The notes: a model not told the origin generated them from the sequence alone. A stretch of 36,446 nucleotides of DNA from a virus (IMGVR_UViG_3300003886_000037:1-36446), one strand, 5' to 3'. Positions 27,150 through 34,777 are shown, numbered from the stretch's first letter. A program made the numbers and translations.

Positions 27150-27545
27150 TTAGTCTCCTCCCTGCATAGACGTTCGCTGCGCTTGTTCTTCAGTGACCGC
27201 GTTCTCCTTGCGCACCTCACAAGCGTACAGCTTGCTCTTCAGGAGGTACCCCTCCAGACTCCAGATCTTGTCCCGAGCGTTGCGTCGGCTGATCGTCTGC
27301 CCTACCTCTACGTCAAAGTTCTCTGGGCTGGCGGCAGCACTCTCGCCGACCACGCAGAACCCGTTCTCCAACTTCAGACAACACACCGTCAGCGTCGTGC
27401 CGGGGAACACGTAGTAGTCCTCCCCAACGATGCAACCGTCAATCTGCTCCGGCGTCAGGCGCGGCGCATTCAGTCCCCGGTCCTGCAACTTCTGCTCGAT
27501 GCCAGCCTCACTGTCTGCTGGTACTTCCCCATCTCTACTGTTCAT
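27150..27545 (-). CDS. N4 Gp49 / Sf6 gp66 family protein (131 aa)
   Basis: Start MNSRDG (GAGG RBS). APRLTPEQID...TLTVCCL.LENGF.V.GESA.ASPENFD.EVG..I...NA.DKIW.LEGYLL signature. Confidence 0.85.
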   Translation of the reverse strand: MNSRDGEVPADSEAGIEQKLQDRGLNAPRLTPEQIDGCIVGEDYYVFPGTTLTVCCLKLENGFCVVGESAAASPENFDVEVGQTISRRNARDKIWSLEGYLLKSKLYACEVRKENAVTEEQAQRTSMQGGD

Positions 27546-27556
27546 ATCTACTTCCT

Positions 27557-27688
27557 CTATATTGGCAGAGTGACACCGAGTCGCTCCGTCTTCAATTTGT
27601 GGAACAGCCGCCGCTCCTTCTGAAACGACGTCAGTTCCGGCTCGCTCTGCAGACGCAGCTTCTCGGCGTGACGTTTCCGGTCGTTCAC
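27557..27688 (-). CDS. Small basic hypothetical protein (43 aa)
   Basis: GTG start with GGAG upstream: MNDRKRHAEKLRLQSEPELTSFQKERRLFHKLKTERLGVTLPI*. Confidence 0.4.
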   Translation of the reverse strand: MNDRKRHAEKLRLQSEPELTSFQKERRLFHKLKTERLGVTLPI

Positions 27689-28207
27689 TACGTGTCACTC
27701 CAGACTCCTCGTCTTGTGCTCGTACGACTGCCGATACTTATATACTCGTGCGAGAGGGCAGTCACTTTCCGACGCACGACTCCCACCTCCGTTCACACGC
27801 CTCATCATCTCGCTCTACATCCTCTTGCAATAACTCCAACTGTCTCTGCAGATCCTGAATCGCCACGTCGTACTCTCGGTTGTGGCTCGTCCTGTCAATC
27901 TTGGTACGACTGCCAGACAACTCCGTCCAGCACGCGTCACTCGTACCGCCGACAACCTTCCATATCCCACGAATACTGCATCGCATTCGGTCGGCCGAGG
28001 ATATCTGCCCGCGATCCTCCATCTCGTCGGCAATGCGCAGCGTCCTAGACTCTCGGTCAGTGACATCCCATCTTATCCCCGCACTTCCAGTGAGCCATCC
28101 TCCGCTAATCGCACGGACTCGGGTATCCGTTGCATTGCTACTGCCTCCTCCCACGTAAGAGCTGCCAGGACGCTGAGACGTGATGGTCGTGGCTTGACTG
28201 CTAGATT

Positions 28208-28245
28208 GTACAGTCGTCTGTTCCTGGTACAGTCGTCTGTTCCTG
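28208..28245. repeat. Perfect 19-bp tandem duplication (GTACAGTCGTCTGTTCCTG x2)
   Basis: Read directly at 28208-28226 and 28227-28245. Confidence 0.95.
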
Positions 28246-28340
28246 GTCTTGGTACTGAGACTGCTCCTGGGATTGATCCTGTTCTTGCTCTTGTGACTGT
28301 CCAACTTCCGGCTCCTCCTTCGGGGTGGATAGGGCGGAGT

Positions 28341-28378
28341 GGCTCCAGGATAATGCAACGGCTCCAGGATAATGCAAC
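28341..28378. repeat. Perfect 19-bp tandem duplication (GGCTCCAGGATAATGCAAC x2)
   Basis: Read directly at 28341-28359 and 28360-28378, followed by a GGCT microhomology. Confidence 0.95.
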
Positions 28379-28422
28379 GGCTACGCATAGAACCGAAACT
28401 CCATACCTTCTCCGCCCTCCCC

Positions 28423-28845
28423 TCATGTAAGTATCACCGTGATCGGTACGTTAGGTCTGCCGCAGCCAATGTCCCGCGTCGCCTCGCCGCTGAAGTTGCT
28501 CCACGCCCCGCCCGCCTGCACTCTGATCACAAAGTAATACATCTGGCCGCACTGTAAGTCAATGGTCGTGGACGTGTCAGATGTCGGTACGTTGGCGATA
28601 ATAGCTCCAGCAGGCGGTACGTCCACGTCGCCAGCGTCGCAGCTCGTCGCCACTCTGGGTATGGTGCTGGTACTGATGTAGATCTCAGCTTGCTGCAGGT
28701 CGCTCGCCGGTAGCAACTCACCATCACAATACTGAGTCGGCCAGTCCCACGACATGGTGACCTCCGTCGCGCTGGCCGGTATGCTGACCATACAGAGTGT
28801 GAGTACTGCCGTCAGCAGGGTTGCAAATCTCCAAGGCTTCTTCAT
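28423..28845 (-). CDS. Secreted fibronectin type III-like protein (140 aa)
   Basis: Sec signal (MKKPWRF-hydrophobic-ASA). VTMSWDWP...IY...YYFVIRV...WSNFS is an FN3-like pattern. Four Cys in the mature part. Confidence 0.7.
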   Translation of the reverse strand: MKKPWRFATLLTAVLTLCMVSIPASATEVTMSWDWPTQYCDGELLPASDLQQAEIYISTSTIPRVATSCDAGDVDVPPAGAIIANVPTSDTSTTIDLQCGQMYYFVIRVQAGGAWSNFSGEATRDIGCGRPNVPITVILT

Positions 28846-28856
28846 ATTCTCTTCCT

Positions 28857-29693
28857 CTACGTCTTCGGGTCAGGCTTGTTGGTAATCATACCGAGGATGG
28901 AGCTGACCACGCTGTCCTTCGTCTCGGTATCTAGGGTCAGCGGTCTTCCTACGCTGCCACTGTGTTCCGTTCGCTGCTTGTACTTCTCCGGAGCAGCCCC
29001 CTCAAGTAACGTCTTCATCAGCGAGTCGGAGTAAACCTTGTACGTGTCGGTGATCTCGCCCTGATATATAACGGGATGATCTACGCCGTCCTCTGCTCTG
29101 CCGCGTGCAACCTTCTCGAGCAGGTCGGTAGCCATCTGCTCCGCTTCCTTGCACGCCTCGTCGAAGTGTGCGTCTGTCTCCCTCCACCGCTTGTACGTCA
29201 GCCGACTTATGTCCGCAGCACTCGTACCCACGAGTATGATGCCCTTCGTTGCGTACGCCCGCAGAAACACCATCTTCAGTTCTTGGGTTATCTTCGGTGT
29301 CCACTTCCTGTCCTCTGATCCAAAATAACTCTTCGCTTCGCTGTAGTTCGTCTGCGGCTTCCGGTTCTGCGGATGCGCAGCACGCCGCTCCTTCTTCGTC
29401 GGCTTCTTCCGTACAACCTTCCTCTTCGTCTTCCTCGCAATGCCCTTCGTGGGCTTGAACGGCACCTTGCTCTTCCTCACGCGCGTGTCCGATGCAGCTC
29501 GCTTCTTCGCCGGAGACCGCCCCCTCTTCGCCACGGAGCTCTTCGTCCCAGAGGACTTGGACTTCTTTGCCACGGAGCTCTTCGTCCCCGATGACTTGGA
29601 CTTCTTCGTCACTCCAGACTTCTTCGCAGTCTTCCGCTTCGTCTTCGACGAGTTTGGAGTTCTCCCAGAAGTCGTTGTCTTTTTCTTCGCCAC
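28857..29693 (-). CDS. terS: Terminase small subunit with long Lys/Ser-rich N-terminal extension (278 aa)
   Basis: The C-terminal half FLRAY...AADISRLTYKRWRETD..FDEA...LE..A..RA.DG...VIYQG......YSDSL...LL.G..PEKY is the HTH-type small terminase signature. First gene of the late operon. Confidence 0.8.
   Translation of the reverse strand: MAKKKTTTSGRTPNSSKTKRKTAKKSGVTKKSKSSGTKSSVAKKSKSSGTKSSVAKRGRSPAKKRAASDTRVRKSKVPFKPTKGIARKTKRKVVRKKPTKKERRAAHPQNRKPQTNYSEAKSYFGSEDRKWTPKITQELKMVFLRAYATKGIILVGTSAADISRLTYKRWRETDAHFDEACKEAEQMATDLLEKVARGRAEDGVDHPVIYQGEITDTYKVYSDSLMKTLLEGAAPEKYKQRTEHSGSVGRPLTLDTETKDSVVSSILGMITNKPDPKT
29530..29607. repeat. Imperfect in-frame 39-bp tandem duplication in terS (KKSKSSGTKSSVA x2)
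   Basis: gccacggagctcttcgtccc...gacttggacttctt occurs twice, with synonymous differences. Confidence 0.85.
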
Positions 29694-29885
29694 TCAACAT
29701 TCCCAGTCCCATGATTAAGCAGAAAGCAGCGGACAACCAGATAGGGACTAAGACGACGAGGAGGAAGTACTCAATACTCGCTATCACAGTGGGACCGGGC
29801 CATCCGCCGCTTTCCTGGGAGTGCTGCCTTGCGGACAGCGCCCTTGGGTCGTAATGATGCACCCTCGCGAGCGCGGGCGTACAGT

Positions 29886-30072
29886 GATACTGGATGATAC
29901 GATGCTGATACGGCCAGAGGCCAAAGAGATACTGATGATACGATGATACGATTACTTATATAAGTAGAGAATAAAATAAAGAGAAGGGTTATATAGTAAG
30001 TAGGTTAGTTTAAATAAAGGGGTCAGAAAAAGAGGTAAAGGTAGGGAGACACTTGCTTCGTATCAGGGTATC
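29886..30072. other. Putative replication origin / divergent control region
   Basis: Six GATAC copies (29886, 29896, 29907, 29928, 29937, 29945), a 14-bp palindrome TACTTATATAAGTA (29953-29966), an A-rich tract, then inverted GTATC copies (30060, 30068). Lies between divergent operons, upstream of the primase-helicase. Confidence 0.55.
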
Positions 30073-30222
30073 GGACCATCCATGACTATTACCCCACGGT
30101 AGTTAGAGGACCTAACCCCTTGTTTATGTTACGGTTGCAGCTCAAAACTTCTACCAGTATACTTACTGCCCCGCTGACACAGCCGTGTCGGCGAGATACG
30201 TTCCAACGGGGAGAGGACTACA

Positions 30223-30540
30223 ATGAGCGATGCAGTTTTGACGTCAGCACAGAAGAAACAGTTGCGCGAAGAGGGAGCCAAAGAACGGAGATCTTTGGTA
30301 GCTGCGCGGTTTCGAACGCTGGTCACCGAGGCAGAGGCAATACCCCTGCGCGTAAAAACACAGTACCCGGTGTACTTAGATATACACATGCTGCACATCG
30401 TACGGGGGGTGGCGGAGATCGAGGGAATGTCCGTGCAGGAGTTAATTCGCACGTCCATCCAGGAAAAGATGGATAAGTTGATGCGAGCACCGAGAGGGGA
30501 TGGGACGAAGAAGAAGGTGTCCGCTAAGAAGAGGCCGTAG
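30223..30540 (+). CDS. Small putative DNA-binding regulator, ribbon-helix-helix-like (105 aa)
   Basis: GAGGA RBS. TQYPVYL...LHIVRGVAEIEGMSVQELIRTSIQEKM is a strand-helix-helix pattern. Confidence 0.55.
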   Translation: MSDAVLTSAQKKQLREEGAKERRSLVAARFRTLVTEAEAIPLRVKTQYPVYLDIHMLHIVRGVAEIEGMSVQELIRTSIQEKMDKLMRAPRGDGTKKKVSAKKRP

Positions 30541-30542
30541 CT

Positions 30543-32546
30543 GTGGCGCGTCGGGACCTGATGGATGCGGTCCGCGCCAACGACCTGGAACGGAGTGGGT
30601 TGCACAAGCCGAGCGTGATGCGGAAGTTGGGTTACAGTGCCATGCTGAGTCAGGTTCAGACGGCGGCGGAGACGGGCATCGAGGATGCGATAGCGTACCT
30701 CATACCCTACTACTCGCCCAGAGGAGAGGACTTGAAGTACCACAGATGGAAGCTCTTTCCAATTACTGACGAGGAAATCGGCATCCGGTACACTCAGGTG
30801 GACAAGACGATACCGAGGCTCTACCTTCCTCCTCTTGTGGACTGGCCGAAGATCTGTGCGGATGCGAGCCAGCGCATAATCATTACTGAGGGGGAGAAGA
30901 AGGCGGCGTGTGCGACTAACGTGGGGTTGCCGACTATCGCACTCGGTGGAGTCTGGTCCTTTACCTCCAAGAAGTGGCACCTTCGGGAGATTGACGACTG
31001 GAAGTGGTTCGATATGAGGGGCCGAGAAGTTGAGGTCTGCTACGACGGAGACATGTACACCAACGAGAACGTGAGCCGAGCGCTGGACGCGCTGACTGCG
31101 ATGCTTACTCGTAAGGGTGCGCGAGTCTTCGTACGGCATCTACCCACGATAGACGGCCTGTCCAAGCTGGACGACTTCCTAGTTGCGAAGGGGGTGAAGG
31201 AGTACCAGAAGCTGCACTGTGCGGAGGCACCGAACAGCGAACTGATGTCCCAGCTTAACGAGGACCTCTGTTACATCAAGGATACGCAGACATACTTCAG
31301 CACCCACGATCGTATTCTGTACGGCGACGTCGGCAGGTTGAAGAGGAACTACGGAGCGCTCAAGATTATCGCGGAGAGTGGAAAGCAGATCAGTGCGGTG
31401 GACGAGTGGGCGCAGTGGCCGTTCATGCGTAAGGTGGATCGGATAACGTACAAGCCGGGTGACGAGATGTTTGTCAACGGAGAGCTGAACGACTGGCCGG
31501 GGTGGGGAGTGGAGTCGCGACGCGGAGAGGTGAGCCAGTTCCTAGACGTGATTCGGAGTATAGACGGATGGGAGTGGCTGCTGAAGTGGCTCGCCTATCC
31601 TATCCAGAATCCCGGGACGAAGATGTTTACTGCCGTCATTATCTGGTCTGTTGAGCAGGGTACGGGTAAGACGTTTATCGGGGACGTGATGCGAGACATC
31701 TACGGTCGGAATAGTAACGTGATTACGAACGTGGAGCTGCACGACGATAGTTTCGTGTGGCTGCGCAACATGCAGTTCATACTCGGCGAGGAGGTGAGTC
31801 AACGACGAAGTATCGCGGACTCTGGCCTGCTCAAACACATCATAACGAACGACACGGTGACGGTAAACGAGAAGTACGTACCGACGTATAAGTTACCGAA
31901 CTGTGCGAACCTGATGTTCACCAGTAACAAGCCAGATGCGATAGTGATGGACCAGAGCGACCGTCGCTTCTTCGTCGGTAAGTTGGACACGCATCGACCC
32001 CTTAAGTTCTGGAAGCAACTCGACCGATGGCGCAAGCGAGAGGGAGGTCCGGCGGCGTTCATGCACTATCTTCAGCACCGAGTGGACTGCGAGAACTTCA
32101 ACCCGCTAGCTCCGCCGCCGATCACGAGCGATAAGCAGATGATGCAGGACGCGGGCATGAGCGGGATACAGCAGTGGGCGAAGGAGCTTCTGCTCGATCC
32201 GGAGGGTGTCGTTGCGGAGACGTACGATGTGAACATCGCGCGAGAGACTATGAAGCGCGACGTGTTCCCGATCACCACTCTGCTTGACTGGCTGCCGGAG
32301 GACCTGAAGAATACGAGCAGGATAGCACTGAGCAACGCGCTGACGACACTCGGTGCGGTGCGCAACAGTAGCCCGGTTCGCCTGTCTACCGGCAAGCAGG
32401 TGAAGCTCTTTGCGATACAGAGGTTGAGCTATTGGCGCGAGAGAGTGGGGAACAATCTGGAGTGGGCGGCGAACGTCGAGCGGAAGAAGGTGACGGCGAA
32501 GAAGAAGGTGACGGCAATCGGCAAGAAGAGGAGGAGGAAGGGATGA
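30543..32546 (+). CDS. Primase-helicase: DUF3854/Toprim-like primase fused to D5-like SF3 helicase (667 aa)
   Basis: IIITEGEKKAA, IALGGVW, CYDGD and KLDDFL (Toprim). EQGTGKT (Walker A), ILGEE (Walker B), MFTSN (motif C) and DRRF (Arg finger). Confidence 0.9.
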   Translation: MARRDLMDAVRANDLERSGLHKPSVMRKLGYSAMLSQVQTAAETGIEDAIAYLIPYYSPRGEDLKYHRWKLFPITDEEIGIRYTQVDKTIPRLYLPPLVDWPKICADASQRIIITEGEKKAACATNVGLPTIALGGVWSFTSKKWHLREIDDWKWFDMRGREVEVCYDGDMYTNENVSRALDALTAMLTRKGARVFVRHLPTIDGLSKLDDFLVAKGVKEYQKLHCAEAPNSELMSQLNEDLCYIKDTQTYFSTHDRILYGDVGRLKRNYGALKIIAESGKQISAVDEWAQWPFMRKVDRITYKPGDEMFVNGELNDWPGWGVESRRGEVSQFLDVIRSIDGWEWLLKWLAYPIQNPGTKMFTAVIIWSVEQGTGKTFIGDVMRDIYGRNSNVITNVELHDDSFVWLRNMQFILGEEVSQRRSIADSGLLKHIITNDTVTVNEKYVPTYKLPNCANLMFTSNKPDAIVMDQSDRRFFVGKLDTHRPLKFWKQLDRWRKREGGPAAFMHYLQHRVDCENFNPLAPPPITSDKQMMQDAGMSGIQQWAKELLLDPEGVVAETYDVNIARETMKRDVFPITTLLDWLPEDLKNTSRIALSNALTTLGAVRNSSPVRLSTGKQVKLFAIQRLSYWRERVGNNLEWAANVERKKVTAKKKVTAIGKKRRRKG

Positions 32547-32773
32547 GTATATTTGCGTGTGACGAGTGTACCGTCGTGGAGAACACGGCCTGCTGTAACT
32601 ACCACTGGAGAAAGATAAAGAAGCAGTCGCTACTCTGCAGTCTGTGCGACCCGGACATCTTGAAGTGGCACGACAAGTTTGAGCGACGTCTTGTCGCAGA
32701 TACAGATTACGAGGTTGTTCCGTCGGACGGGTTGTTCCCCGGTACGTTGCAGCCTCCGGGAGGATGGAAGTGA
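32543..32773 (+). CDS. Cys-rich hypothetical protein (76 aa)
   Basis: Start reassigned to MSIFACDEC at 32543 (ATGA overlap). C..C..VENTA...LCS.C....KWHD.F pattern. Confidence 0.7.
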   Translation: MSIFACDECTVVENTACCNYHWRKIKKQSLLCSLCDPDILKWHDKFERRLVADTDYEVVPSDGLFPGTLQPPGGWK

Positions 32774-32985
32774 GATACCAGTACCAGACAATAGAGGTGG
32801 ACCCGGCCAACGAAGAGAAGATGGACGCGATACTCACCGAGTACGCGGCGGCCGGGTGGAGACTGCACAGCATAGTCCCGACGTACATCTGTCGGTGGCC
32901 GAGCAGCCCAGATCACGGGGGACCCGATGACATCTACGTCGGTTGCGCCAATATGATTTGGGAGAGGGAGAGGGAAGATGAGTGA
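32764..32985 (+). CDS. Small protein, DUF4177-like (73 aa)
   Basis: YQY.TI...L.EYAAAGWRL.SI pattern. Confidence 0.5.
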   Translation: MEVRYQYQTIEVDPANEEKMDAILTEYAAAGWRLHSIVPTYICRWPSSPDHGGPDDIYVGCANMIWEREREDE

Positions 32986-33187
32986 CCAGTTCGATCCCAT
33001 GAAGGCGATGCTACTGCAGATCTTCCTGGGTAATCTGGCCAGCGACCTGCGAGCAGGTAAGGTGGTGGAAACGATAGAGAAACTCGACCGATGCTGTAAA
33101 CTCTTGGAGGAAGACTTGGAGACGCATAGCAATGAACCGGAACGTAAGAGCCAAGAGAGCGCTTTCGGCGAGAAGTGGAAGACGTGA
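32978..33187 (+). CDS. Hypothetical protein (69 aa)
   Basis: GAGG RBS. Overlaps its neighbours in the operon. Confidence 0.6.
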   Translation: MSDQFDPMKAMLLQIFLGNLASDLRAGKVVETIEKLDRCCKLLEEDLETHSNEPERKSQESAFGEKWKT

Positions 33188-33300
33188 GATGGAGTAAGAG
33201 TGACGGACACAACCAGCAGTGTCGGGAGTGCTTTCGGTACTTCGTCTGGTTGAAGAGGGCGTACATCTGCGGCGAGTGTTGGAGGAGGAGAAACAGATGA
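33184..33300 (+). CDS. Tiny CxxC-CxxC zinc-ribbon protein (38 aa)
   Basis: Manual translation: MRWSKSDGHNQQCRECFRYFVWLKRAYICGECWRRRNR*. GTGA and ATGA overlaps at its two ends. Confidence 0.55.
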   Translation: MRWSKSDGHNQQCRECFRYFVWLKRAYICGECWRRRNR

Positions 33301-33560
33301 ACAAGACGAATAGAAGAAACTTCTTGAGAGGGTTGGGAGCCTCGGCTGGTGTGATTGCGACTGGAGGCGTTGCAGCCACTGAGGTGGTGACGAACAAGAT
33401 AGTGAGGGACGTCGTTGAGCATCGAGCCGTCTACTCTGATGTGTACATGCTTGAGGGCGACGGTAGTCAGGATGGAGACATAGCGATGATAAAGATTAAC
33501 GGGACGTATCGCAGTTGCGTACGTCGGGATGGTAAGTGGGGGACGTTGTTCCCAAGTTGA
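33297..33560 (+). CDS. Small protein with twin-arginine (Tat)-like signal peptide (87 aa)
   Basis: Start reassigned to 33297 (GGAGG RBS): MNKTNRRNFLRGLGASAGVIATGGVAA. Confidence 0.65.
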   Translation: MNKTNRRNFLRGLGASAGVIATGGVAATEVVTNKIVRDVVEHRAVYSDVYMLEGDGSQDGDIAMIKINGTYRSCVRRDGKWGTLFPS

Positions 33561-33570
33561 GGAGGAACCG

Positions 33571-34278
33571 ATGAGTGCAGTGACAACGACGGAACAGCGA
33601 GTGGGAGTGGTGGAGGTGCGCGTAGAGATCTGGATGAATATATTGGGCGACCTAGAAGACAAAGTGGAGAGAATAGAGACGTTTATCGGAGCGCACAACT
33701 TAGGTGAGGAGGAAGTTATGAATGAGGAAGCACTACAGCAGCGGATTGACGTGCTGCATGAGAGGAACGGCGCACTGGCGCGTGAATGTGAGAATCTGAG
33801 GTTGAAGATTGTGCGATGGGAGCAGGACGACTTGAGGGAGAACGCGACCCACGACCCGGTGAAGATCTGCAGGAAGTACGGAGTGAACGGCATGGGGAGA
33901 GTCTACAACTTGCAGAGTGGAGTGGAGATACCGGAGGACGAGCCGCTGATCCTGTTCCGAGGGAAGGACCGGCACTTGCCGGACGTTCTGATGGAGTACG
34001 CAGACCGATGCGTAGACGACGCGCATGGGCAGTCTATCATGGTGAAGAAGCGGGAGGTTGAGCTGTGGCAGCAGAACAACCAGGAACAGGTGAAGGAGCC
34101 GGACACGGACTTGAGTAGTTACGAACTTGACCCGGTAGGCGAGGCCGCGGACGGAGTACTCGGGCAGGATCGACAGCGTGTCACTGGCCCGTTTGGCGAA
34201 CTGCGAGCTGCGAAGACGATGTCTGTAGCCGACAGACTGAACAGGTTGGAGGAGTTCGTAGGGAGGGAACACTTGTGA
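33571..34278 (+). CDS. Hypothetical protein, coiled coil plus DEP-motif domain (235 aa)
   Basis: Start reassigned to MSAVTT at 33571 (GGAGG RBS). Contains IPEDEPLILFRGKD. Confidence 0.65.
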   Translation: MSAVTTTEQRVGVVEVRVEIWMNILGDLEDKVERIETFIGAHNLGEEEVMNEEALQQRIDVLHERNGALARECENLRLKIVRWEQDDLRENATHDPVKICRKYGVNGMGRVYNLQSGVEIPEDEPLILFRGKDRHLPDVLMEYADRCVDDAHGQSIMVKKREVELWQQNNQEQVKEPDTDLSSYELDPVGEAADGVLGQDRQRVTGPFGELRAAKTMSVADRLNRLEEFVGREHL

Positions 34279-34520
34279 TAAAGCGCGAGGAGCTGGCTAC
34301 CCACGAGAGCTGCCTGAACAGGGCGCACGACGACGAGCCGTTGTTCGTACTGCGGGCGAACGACAGTAGTGCGCCGTACGCTGTGATGGCGTGGGCGGAT
34401 GACTACTGTATGAGAAAGAAGAAGTGTGGTGGGTACGGCGAGAGGGCGAAAGAGAAGTTCGAAGATGCTTATCGCACAGCACGTATGATGATTGAGTGGC
34501 GCGGGGAGAACAGAGCATGA
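34275..34520 (+). CDS. Hypothetical DEP-motif protein (81 aa)
   Basis: SCL.RA.DDEPLFVLRAND..AP..V.AWA...A..M.EW. GTGA overlap with the upstream gene. Confidence 0.7.
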   Translation: MIKREELATHESCLNRAHDDEPLFVLRANDSSAPYAVMAWADDYCMRKKKCGGYGERAKEKFEDAYRTARMMIEWRGENRA

Positions 34521-34777
34521 ATCTTAAGGTGACGTTCAAGGTAAAGGATCGGGAGACGACAGCCGAGTTGTTGAAGGCAACGAAGAATCTGGAGTTGAAC
34601 CCGACAGTGGGGACTGAGGGAATGGACGACGTAGATGTGGGCGAGGCGTTTCGCGTACTTGACCTTATCAGTGCGGAGTTCAGGAGTGACCCGATGAGTG
34701 TGCAGTGTTTTGCCAGCAGCATCGTCAGCGACGCGAACAGACTGGCGCGTAGGTGGAACGACAAAGGGAGACCGTGA
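34517..34777 (+). CDS. Hypothetical protein (86 aa)
   Basis: Start reassigned to MNLKVTF (ATGA overlap). LDLI.AEF.SDPMSVQCF motif. Confidence 0.65.
   Translation: MNLKVTFKVKDRETTAELLKATKNLELNPTVGTEGMDDVDVGEAFRVLDLISAEFRSDPMSVQCFASSIVSDANRLARRWNDKGRP

Larger units (their letters stand above)
27762..28426 (-). pseudogene. Secreted Gln/Glu-repeat protein interrupted by two 19-bp tandem duplications
   Basis: Removing one copy of each duplication gives a single 627-nt ORF (208 aa): MRGGRRRYGVSVLCVAVALSWSHSALSTPKEEPEVGQSQEQEQDQSQEQSQYQDQEQTTVQSSSQATT...ERRWESCVGK*. Confidence 0.75.

Noticed and set aside
28208-28378. 19-bp repeats as a CRISPR array or transposon ends
   Set aside because: Each unit is directly tandem with no spacer, the two units are unrelated in sequence, and there is no cas or transposase gene.
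28073-28426. ORF-track proteins of 117 aa (28073-28426), 208 aa (27762-28388) and 83 aa (27815-28066) as separate genes
   Set aside because: They are better explained as frame fragments or shadows of one gene broken by the two 19-bp duplications.
29886-29949. GATAC repeats as a mini-CRISPR
   Set aside because: Units are only 5-8 bp with irregular short spacing.
32482-32516. GAAGAAGGTGACGGC repeat at the primase-helicase 3' end as a regulatory element
   Set aside because: It has an 18-nt in-frame period and simply encodes KKVTA twice in a basic tail.
30129-33893. Long minus-strand ORFs (336, 260 and 319 aa) in the early region
   Set aside because: They are antisense to the primase-helicase and coupled small genes, with S/L/R-rich composition typical of shadow frames.
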